The translations under genes were made by a program, and so were the position numbers. The notes under the pieces were generated by a model. The model made no database searches, was not told the DNA's origin, and worked only from the letters and a program-made list of their open reading frames with translations. From a virus, in IMG/VR virus record IMGVR_UViG_3300027747_002198, positions 32,001-96,000 of that record: DNA of 64,000 nt. One strand, 5' to 3'. Shown here piece after piece: positions 56,792 through 64,000 of this stretch (position 1 is its first letter; every line of letters starts with the position of its first letter).

Positions 56792-56934
56792 TACAATCAA
56801 AAGGTGTTGATGAGTCAGATCCAGTAAAGAAACAAGATTCTGAAAATGAAGATGCCGAATTCAAACGAATTGAAGATGAGCAATATCGCCAAAAACAATT
56901 AGAAAAAGTTAGAAACTTGACACGTTGGCCATAA
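56788..56934 (+). CDS. Unlisted 48-aa ORF (MIQSKGVDE...LTRWP)
   Basis: ATGA overlap, GGAGAGG SD. Confidence 0.5.
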   Translation: MIQSKGVDESDPVKKQDSENEDAEFKRIEDEQYRQKQLEKVRNLTRWP

Positions 56935-57007
56935 TGGCATAAGGCGTATAATACGCCATCAGCATTAGATACACATTATAATCTACCATGTAATCTATGG
57001 GTGTCAT
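56909..57007 (-). CDS. Unlisted 32-aa antisense ORF MTPIDYMVDYNVYLMLMAYYTPYAIMANVSSF
   Basis: Minus-strand GAAAGG SD and ATAAATA late-promoter motif (57041-57035). Confidence 0.4.
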   Translation of the reverse strand: MTPIDYMVDYNVYLMLMAYYTPYAIMANVSSF

Positions 57008-57099
57008 AATTGAACCTTTCTTTTGGTATATAAGTATTTATCTCTTTACAACCTTTTCTGGTTGTTATATAATAATGAAATATTTTGAAAGGAAATAAC

Positions 57100-57414
57100 A
57101 TGGCAGATATTAAATTATTTAAACTATTCACCAATGAAGAAATCTTGGCTGAAATTGAATCTGAATCTGAAACCGAATATGTATTATCTAATACTGTAGG
57201 CGTTTCAGTTGTTCGTCAAAAAGATGGAACACCAGGTGTTGGTTTTATTCCATTCCCTCTACACGCAGAACAAAAAACAAATTCCACATTTGTATTGAAT
57301 AAGAAAAGTGTATCTTATTCTTATGTTCCTGCTCAAGATTTTATTGATAATTATAATTCTATTTTTGGATCAGGCATCGTCCTTCCACCAGCAAAAACTT
57401 TAATCAAAGGTTAA
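57100..57414 (+). CDS. Conserved T4-like protein upstream of gp43 (Sm-like fold suspected; start likely ATG 57100)
   Basis: IKLFKLFTNEEILAEI, YNSIFGSGIVLP; AAGGA SD. Confidence 0.6.
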   Translation: MADIKLFKLFTNEEILAEIESESETEYVLSNTVGVSVVRQKDGTPGVGFIPFPLHAEQKTNSTFVLNKKSVSYSYVPAQDFIDNYNSIFGSGIVLPPAKTLIKG

Positions 57415-57415
57415 A

Positions 57416-59950
57416 TTGAGTAACTTCTACACTAATGTACAATGCTTTGGTAGTAATATTCTCTATCGAGGCATTAAAGATGGTAAAAGAATAAAAGCAA
57501 GGATCGAGTATTCTCCATCTTTGTTTTTGCCGTCTAAAAGAATCACCAACTTCACCTCACTCGAAGGTGATTATCTCGACCAAAAAATCTTTGGTACCAT
57601 CCGTGAAGCGAGAGATTACATCAAGCAATTTGAAGGTGTTTCTGGTGGTGTGAAGATTTATGGTCAAACCCGTTTTGAGTATGCGTATATTGCAGACCAA
57701 CACACAGGTATGGTTGATTACGACCAAGATAAAGTTCTTATTGCTGTAGTCGATATTGAGGTCGGTTCTGAAAATGGATTCCCTGATCCATACAAAGCAA
57801 ACGAACCAATCACAGCTATTTGTATCAAATATGTCAATGGTCCAACTTATGTGTTTGCTTGTGGTGATTATGTTAAACAAGGTGATGAGAATTATGTGAA
57901 ATGTAAAGACGAATATTCTATTTGCAAACAATTTATGGCTTTGTGGACAAATAAATGTCCTGATATTCTAACTGGTTGGAATACTAAGTTTTTTGATGAG
58001 CCTTATTTGATTAATCGTTTCCGTAAAATTCTTGGTGAAGATGAAACCAAGAAACTTTCTCCATGGAATTATATTGGCGAGCGTAAAACAACAATCAATG
58101 GACGCCAGTTAATTGCCTATAACCTGATGGGTGTTGAATCACTCGATTATATTGAATTGTATAAGTGGTATGCTCCTGGCGGAAAGTCACAAGAATCCTA
58201 TCGTTTAGATGCCATTGCTCAAGTCGAATTGGGTGAAGGCAAAATCTCTTATGATGAATATGATAACTTGCACTCATTGTATCGATTAAACTTCCAAAAA
58301 TTTATTGAGTATAATATCAAAGACGTTGAACTCATTATTAAACTTGAAGAAAAGTTAAAGTTACTCGAATTGGGAATAACTTTGGCCTATGATACCAAAA
58401 CAAACTTTGAAGATATCTTTGCTCAAACTCGTATGTGGGATTCTCTAACATATTCTTATCTGTTTGAAAAGAATATTATTGTTCCTCCTAGAATTACCAA
58501 AGAAAAAGATGGTATGTTTGAAGGTGCTTATGTTAAAGTACCACAAGTTGGTTTACATAATTGGGTTGCATCGTTTGACCTGAATAGTTTGTATCCGCAT
58601 TTGATGATGCAATACAATATTTCTCCTGAAACTTTGATTGAGCCTGAAAATTATTCAGATGAAATGCGTGAGATTTTATCTCAAGGTGTTTCTGTTGATA
58701 AGATGCTGTACAAAAATGTGGATACTTCCAAACTTAAAGGTGCAACTCTAACCCCTAATGGACAATTCTTCCGTACCGATATTCAAGGTTTCTTGCCCAA
58801 AATGATGGAAGAAATGTATACTGATAGAAAGAAGTTTAAGAAGTTAATGTTGCAGGCAAAACAGGAATATGAAAATGAAACTGATGAATCTAAAAAATAT
58901 GAAATTGAAAAGCGAATTGCTAAGTACAACAATATTCAGTTGGCCAAAAAAGTGTCCCTTAATAGTGCTTATGGTGCTTTGGGCTCTCAGTACTTCCGTT
59001 TTTATGATTTGCGTATGGCACTTGGTGTTACTACTGCTGGCCAACTTTCCATCAGGTGGATTGAAAATAAACTTAACGATTGGATGAACAATCTATTAAA
59101 AAGTGAGAAAGATTATGTTATTGCGTCCGATACTGATTCGATTTACCTCAACCTTGGTCCATTGGTTAATAGCATTGTTAAATCAAAGATTGAAACTCCT
59201 AAAGTTATCTCCATCATGGACCGTATTTGTGAGGATAAGATTCAACCTTATATTGACAAGAGTTATCAGGAGTTGGCAGAGTATGTGTGTGCATATTCTC
59301 AAAAGATGGAAATGAAACGTGAGGGTTTGTCCGATAAAGGAATCTGGACCGCCAAGAAGCGATATATTCTAAATGTTTATAACAATGAAGGTGTTCAATA
59401 TAACGAACCACAACTCAAGGTGATGGGTTTGGAGATGATTAAATCGTCTACACCATCGGTTGTTCGTGATAAGATGAAATCGCTTATTAAGATTCTTGTA
59501 TCTGGCACAGAAGATGATGTACAATCATTTATTGCAGAGTTTAGAGAACAATTTAAACATCTACCTGTAGAGGAGATATCTTTTCCTCGTGGTCTGAATG
59601 GGCTAAATACCTATTCACATGCGGTGACCTTATACACTAAAGGTACACCAATCCATGTAAAAGGTGCAATTCTATATAATCATAAATTGAAACAAATGGA
59701 ACTCACCAAAAAGTACCCACTCATTCAAGAAGGCGAGAAAGTTAAGTTTACTTATCTAAAAATGCCAAACACATTTAAAGATAGTGTTGTTTCATTTCCT
59801 AGTAGATTACCTGTCGAATTTGATTTACAAAAGTTTATTGATTATGATACACAATTCGAAAAAACATTCTTGGAACCGATCAAAGTAATTCTTGATTGTA
59901 TGGGATGGAAAACAGAAAAATGTAGTTCAATAGAGGACTTTTTCTCATGA
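57416..59950 (+). CDS. gp43: Family B DNA polymerase gp43
   Basis: DIEV exonuclease, SFDLNSLYP, KVSLNSAYG, SDTDS, C-terminal clamp-binding IEDFF. Confidence 0.97.
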   Translation: MSNFYTNVQCFGSNILYRGIKDGKRIKARIEYSPSLFLPSKRITNFTSLEGDYLDQKIFGTIREARDYIKQFEGVSGGVKIYGQTRFEYAYIADQHTGMVDYDQDKVLIAVVDIEVGSENGFPDPYKANEPITAICIKYVNGPTYVFACGDYVKQGDENYVKCKDEYSICKQFMALWTNKCPDILTGWNTKFFDEPYLINRFRKILGEDETKKLSPWNYIGERKTTINGRQLIAYNLMGVESLDYIELYKWYAPGGKSQESYRLDAIAQVELGEGKISYDEYDNLHSLYRLNFQKFIEYNIKDVELIIKLEEKLKLLELGITLAYDTKTNFEDIFAQTRMWDSLTYSYLFEKNIIVPPRITKEKDGMFEGAYVKVPQVGLHNWVASFDLNSLYPHLMMQYNISPETLIEPENYSDEMREILSQGVSVDKMLYKNVDTSKLKGATLTPNGQFFRTDIQGFLPKMMEEMYTDRKKFKKLMLQAKQEYENETDESKKYEIEKRIAKYNNIQLAKKVSLNSAYGALGSQYFRFYDLRMALGVTTAGQLSIRWIENKLNDWMNNLLKSEKDYVIASDTDSIYLNLGPLVNSIVKSKIETPKVISIMDRICEDKIQPYIDKSYQELAEYVCAYSQKMEMKREGLSDKGIWTAKKRYILNVYNNEGVQYNEPQLKVMGLEMIKSSTPSVVRDKMKSLIKILVSGTEDDVQSFIAEFREQFKHLPVEEISFPRGLNGLNTYSHAVTLYTKGTPIHVKGAILYNHKLKQMELTKKYPLIQEGEKVKFTYLKMPNTFKDSVVSFPSRLPVEFDLQKFIDYDTQFEKTFLEPIKVILDCMGWKTEKCSSIEDFFS

Positions 59951-60879
59951 CATATCTAGTATTTCTTGCCGCATTTCTGTTGTCAGGAATATCGGCATAT
60001 TATTCCGTTATCGGTTTAGCAGCGATATTTTCTGGTGCGTTTTGGCCTGTAGTTTTTATGGGTTCTGCATTAGAATTTTCCAAACTCGTAACCGCCTCTT
60101 GGTTATATCGTAATTGGAAAACAATACCAATATTATTAAAAACTTATCTAACTATTGCCGTAGTAGTCCTTATGCTCATCACCTCGATGGGCATTTTTGG
60201 CTTCTTGGCTAAATCTCATATTGATTCTACATTAGATGCTGGCGCAAATACAGTAGAACTCAAAACATTAAATCAACAACAGAAAATTGCAGAAGATAGA
60301 TTAAACTACCTTCTTGCTCGTGCCAAGGATCCATCAACGGCAAGTAATCGTTTAGATAAACAAATTCAGGACACACAAAAAGAACTTACCGATATTAACA
60401 AGAAACGCTTGCCACTTTTAAAAGAATCCAATAAACTTGTAGCAGATGTTGGCCCAATTAAATATGTGGCAGATATGTTCTTTGGTGATGGAGATGGTGC
60501 ATTGGACAAAGCAGTACGAATGGTAATCTTTGCTATTATGCTTGTGTTTGACCCGCTGGCTGTGTTATTATTGATAGCAGGAAATATATCATTAAAGGCA
60601 AAAGATGAGAAAGAAGAGGTTTCAATTCCCGTTTCGGTATCTGAACCTGTTGAGTTGCATAACGAAGCAATTCAAAGAGATGAGGAACGGGAGAGTGATA
60701 AGATTGAAATACCCAAAGAAAACATTACTTCAATCGAGGAGAATGGCCAACAGGAATTTGAAAAGGTAACAATACAAGTAGGACCAGGCAGATATGAAGA
60801 ACACATACTTCCAAAAAAATTAGAACCTAAGTATGATTATAACGATGAATTTGCATTTCGTGAAAAGGAAAATAAATGA
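59947..60879 (+). CDS. Membrane protein with coiled coil
   Basis: About four TM segments, FGFLAKSH and VFDPLAV motifs. Confidence 0.6.
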   Translation: MTYLVFLAAFLLSGISAYYSVIGLAAIFSGAFWPVVFMGSALEFSKLVTASWLYRNWKTIPILLKTYLTIAVVVLMLITSMGIFGFLAKSHIDSTLDAGANTVELKTLNQQQKIAEDRLNYLLARAKDPSTASNRLDKQIQDTQKELTDINKKRLPLLKESNKLVADVGPIKYVADMFFGDGDGALDKAVRMVIFAIMLVFDPLAVLLLIAGNISLKAKDEKEEVSIPVSVSEPVELHNEAIQRDEERESDKIEIPKENITSIEENGQQEFEKVTIQVGPGRYEEHILPKKLEPKYDYNDEFAFREKENK

Positions 60880-61955
60880 GTATTCTTGATAAAATTAAAA
60901 AGAATAGTAGTATTAAAGATTCTGCTATTCTATCCAAGTCAAAATTCTTTACAAATAAAGATATGATACCTACCGCAATTCCCATTATTAATGTGGCGTT
61001 GTCTGGTAAATTGGACGGTGGTTTAACACCAGGTCTTACAATGTGGGCAGGTCCATCAAAACATTTTAAGACCGCTTTTTCACTTTTGATGGCAAAATCT
61101 TATTTAGACAAATATCCCGATGCGGCTCTTTTATTCTACGATAGTGAGTTTGGTACTCCTCAGAGTTATTTTGACAGTTTTGGTATCGATACCGAGCGTG
61201 TATTGCACACTCCCCTTACAGATATTGAACAACTCAAATCCGACATTATGCAACAACTTTCGAATATTGATAGGGGTGACCGATTAATTATTGTTGTCGA
61301 TTCTATTGGTAATTTGGCATCAATCAAAGAAGTCAATGATGCACTCGATGGCAAAACTGTTGCTGATATGACTAGAGCTAAATCAGTTAAATCATTATTC
61401 AGAATGGTTACACCACATCTTTCAATCAAAGATATTCCAATGATTGTAGTAAATCACACTTACATGGAAATTGGAATGTTCCCTAAAGCAATCGTTGGTG
61501 GTGGAACCGGTTCATATTATTCTGCTGATAACATTTTCGTATTAGGTCGTCAACAAGAAAAGGAAGGTACCGAAGTTGTTGGATATAATTTTATCATTAA
61601 TGTTGAAAAGTCTAGATATGTTCGTGAAAAGTCTAAAATTCCTGTTACCGTATCTTTTGATGGTGGTATTAGTAAGTGGTCTGGTCTACTTGATATTGCC
61701 TTGGATTCTGGCCATGTGGTTAAACCCACTAACGGGTGGTATGCCAAAGTTGATTTAGAAACTGGTGAAGTTGATGAAAAGAAATATCGAATCAAAGATA
61801 CCGACACTAAAGAATTTTGGTTACCAATTTTAAAACAAAAATCCTTCAGAGATTATATTGAAAAAACATATAGTATTTCTAATGGAAATATTATACAAGG
61901 CGATATTGATGAAGCGTTTGAAATTGAAACAACAAACGGAGTAGAAGATGATTGA
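60876..61955 (+). CDS. uvsX: RecA-like recombinase UvsX
   Basis: GPSKHFKT, YDSEFG, DSIGNLAS, GGTGSYYSAD. Confidence 0.95.
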   Translation: MSILDKIKKNSSIKDSAILSKSKFFTNKDMIPTAIPIINVALSGKLDGGLTPGLTMWAGPSKHFKTAFSLLMAKSYLDKYPDAALLFYDSEFGTPQSYFDSFGIDTERVLHTPLTDIEQLKSDIMQQLSNIDRGDRLIIVVDSIGNLASIKEVNDALDGKTVADMTRAKSVKSLFRMVTPHLSIKDIPMIVVNHTYMEIGMFPKAIVGGGTGSYYSADNIFVLGRQQEKEGTEVVGYNFIINVEKSRYVREKSKIPVTVSFDGGISKWSGLLDIALDSGHVVKPTNGWYAKVDLETGEVDEKKYRIKDTDTKEFWLPILKQKSFRDYIEKTYSISNGNIIQGDIDEAFEIETTNGVEDD

Positions 61956-62268
61956 AGGTGTTGATTATTGTTTCATCTATCCCAAAGATGATGCAAGCTC
62001 GGTACATATTAAATTCTTAGAAGGACCTTATAAAGACACCATGTTCAAATATGGCAAAGTAAAGTTTGAGGAAAAGAATGATTTAGTCTATTTACTTTTT
62101 GGTTACGATGTGTTAGAATCCACCGTAGATAAACCAAAGAAATTGGAAAAAGATGAAACATTTAAGAATTACATTGGTGATTTACTTGTCGAACTTATGT
62201 CGGCTAACATTGAGCAGGAAATAATTGATGAAACTGGAACAGACGATATTAAAAACCCTGATTTATAA
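61948..62268 (+). CDS. Small protein between uvsX and gp41 (gp40-like position)
   Basis: Synteny only. Confidence 0.5.
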   Translation: MIEGVDYCFIYPKDDASSVHIKFLEGPYKDTMFKYGKVKFEEKNDLVYLLFGYDVLESTVDKPKKLEKDETFKNYIGDLLVELMSANIEQEIIDETGTDDIKNPDL

Positions 62269-63619
62269 TGAAGATTATTTACGGAAAGTTTTACCATTCC
62301 TAAAATCTGATTATTTTTCGGATAGTGTTGAGAAAGTATTATACCATGAGATTACATCATTCACAGAAACTTATAATAACTCACCATCGATTGAAGCAAT
62401 TAGTATTGCCATCAAAGAAAGGCGTAATCTTACGGCTGACGAAGTTGAGAGATGTGAAACTTATCTACAAGAAATTGAGGTTAATAGTAAAACAGAAGCC
62501 GAGATTCAATGGCTTGTTGATAAGACAGAGAAGTTTTGCCAAGAGAAGGCCATATACAATGCAGTATTGGGGTCTATTTCAATTCTCGATGGCAAGGACA
62601 AAAATCATGACAAAGGTCAGATTCCCAAGATATTATCGGACGCCTTGGCCATTTCATTCGATAACTCAGTAGGACACGATTACTTACAGGACTCAGATGA
62701 TCGATTTGAATTCTATCATAGAAAAGAGGAACGAATTCCTTTCGACTTGGAATACTTCAACAAGATTACAAAAGGTGGTCTGCCAACTAAAACTCTCAAT
62801 ATTGCTCTTGCTGGGACTGGTGTTGGTAAATCACTTTTTATGTGTCATGTGGCTGCAGGAGCAATGGTACAAGGCAAAAACGTATTGTATATTACGCTTG
62901 AAATGGCTGAAGAAAAGATTGCTGAACGTATTGACGCAAATCTTCTCAATGTATCACTAGATGATTTAATGGACTTACCAAAGGATATGTATGACAAAAA
63001 AGTTAATCGTGTTCGTGAAAAGTGTACTGGTAAACTTATCATTAAGGAATATCCAACCGCTTCAGCGTCTGTCACTCATTTTAGGACTTTACTAAATGAA
63101 CTTAATCTCAAGCGTTCTTTTGTACCTGACATTATATTTGTTGATTATCTTAATATCTGTTGTTCTTCCCGTATTAAGGCTGGTGCGAATATTAATTCCT
63201 ACACTTATGTCAAGAGCATCGCTGAAGAGCTTAGAGGATTGGCGGTTGAGTATAATGTTCCTATTGTATCTGCTACACAGACTACCAGAAGCGGATTTAC
63301 GAGCAGTGATCCAGGACTTGAAGATACGAGTGAAAGCTTCGGACTTCCCGCCACGGCAGACTTAATGTTCGCTTTGATTTCTTCTGAAGAACTAGAAGAA
63401 CTTGGGCAGATTATGGTGAAACAATTAAAGAATCGATATAATGACCCAACATTCCATAAACGATTTACTGTTGGTGTTGACCGAGCAAAGATGAAATTAT
63501 ACGATATTGAACAATCAGCACAAAAAGGCATTGCAGATGCTGGCCACGACAAACCTCTAAACACATTTGGTACCAGAGAAGAAAAATCTAAAAAATCATT
63601 TGATGGATTTAAAGTATGA
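62228..63619 (+). CDS. gp41: Replicative helicase gp41 (DnaB-like)
   Basis: AGTGVGKS, YITLEM, IIKEYPT, DYLNI, SESFGLPATAD, QLKNRY. Confidence 0.96.
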   Translation: MKLEQTILKTLIYNEDYLRKVLPFLKSDYFSDSVEKVLYHEITSFTETYNNSPSIEAISIAIKERRNLTADEVERCETYLQEIEVNSKTEAEIQWLVDKTEKFCQEKAIYNAVLGSISILDGKDKNHDKGQIPKILSDALAISFDNSVGHDYLQDSDDRFEFYHRKEERIPFDLEYFNKITKGGLPTKTLNIALAGTGVGKSLFMCHVAAGAMVQGKNVLYITLEMAEEKIAERIDANLLNVSLDDLMDLPKDMYDKKVNRVREKCTGKLIIKEYPTASASVTHFRTLLNELNLKRSFVPDIIFVDYLNICCSSRIKAGANINSYTYVKSIAEELRGLAVEYNVPIVSATQTTRSGFTSSDPGLEDTSESFGLPATADLMFALISSEELEELGQIMVKQLKNRYNDPTFHKRFTVGVDRAKMKLYDIEQSAQKGIADAGHDKPLNTFGTREEKSKKSFDGFKV

Positions 63620-63828
63620 GAGAAACACACAAAAGAACAATAGTAAGAATGCTTAGTTATAGAATTACAGCTTGGTTATTTACTATTCTGTGGACATATT
63701 TAATTACCGGTGATATTGGTAAATCGACAGGATTTGCTACAATATTACATATTTTATTAAGTGTAGATTATTATATTCATGAACGAATTTGGTTAAAAAT
63801 CAAATGGGGTACAAATGATTCTAACTAG
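63616..63828 (+). CDS. DUF2061-like small membrane protein
   Basis: ET.KRT....SYRI..., YY.HERIW..IKWG. Confidence 0.7.
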   Translation: MRETHKRTIVRMLSYRITAWLFTILWTYLITGDIGKSTGFATILHILLSVDYYIHERIWLKIKWGTNDSN

Positions 63829-64000
63829 AGAACAAGCACTACATGTATCAAAAGTATTCCATGATTATTTTAGTAACATGGGAAGTACCGAAGAATACAT
63901 GCGTGACGAGAAGTTGAAGAATCTTGATAATATACCATCCTCATTATTTCCACCAGAAGATGATTTGTTCTCTGACTTCTCTATGCACCCAAAAGATATG
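63815..64000 (+). CDS. N-terminus of a gene truncated by the window end (MILTREQALH...)
   Basis: Open frame to 64000. Confidence 0.55.
   Translation, partial: MILTREQALHVSKVFHDYFSNMGSTEEYMRDEKLKNLDNIPSSLFPPEDDLFSDFSMHPKDM

Noticed and set aside
24803-63619. Introns or inteins in gp17, gp23, gp43, uvsX or gp41
   Set aside because: Lengths and motif spacing look uninterrupted.
1134-63630. Minus-strand and nested ORFs in the ORF track (e.g. 28025-28444, 40693-41070, 63205-63630)
   Set aside because: They shadow well-supported + strand genes and have no recognisable motifs.
1-64000. Stop-codon reassignment
   Set aside because: Core genes are intact in the standard code, TAG and TGA end genes at expected positions (gp19 TAG, gp55 TGA), and no suppressor tRNA was found.

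Overview
64 kb of an AT-rich T4-like (myovirus) phage genome, almost entirely on the + strand, standard genetic code. Gene order: tail fibre and adhesin region (1-16.4 kb, including three tandem 7-repeat beta-propeller paralogs), gp13-14-15, gp16, HNH, gp17-18-19-20-67-68-21-22-23, gp3, uvsY, uvsW, gp55, gp47, gp46, gp45-44-62, regA, an accessory/tRNA island (50.7-57.1 kb), then gp43, uvsX, gp41. This synteny (gp23 followed directly by gp3) resembles aquatic T4-like phages rather than T4 itself; the host cannot be determined from this window. Glycosyltransferase and methyltransferase genes, heme oxygenase, peptide deformylase, a DUF4338-like and a DUF5664-like gene lie between core genes. The most notable signal is in the tRNA island. 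An unannotated 24-codon leader peptide, enriched in codons read by the phage's own tRNAs, overlaps a mutually exclusive antiterminator/terminator pair just upstream of tRNA-Trp, i.e. a candidate ribosome-sensing attenuator gating the tRNA array. Next to it are a small basic ORF with arfA-like architecture (24-bp stem in its 3' half), a 67-nt tRNA-Gly-like RNA with its own promoter, and two further structured ncRNA candidates. Family assignments are from motif recognition by eye; no searches or folding programs were run.
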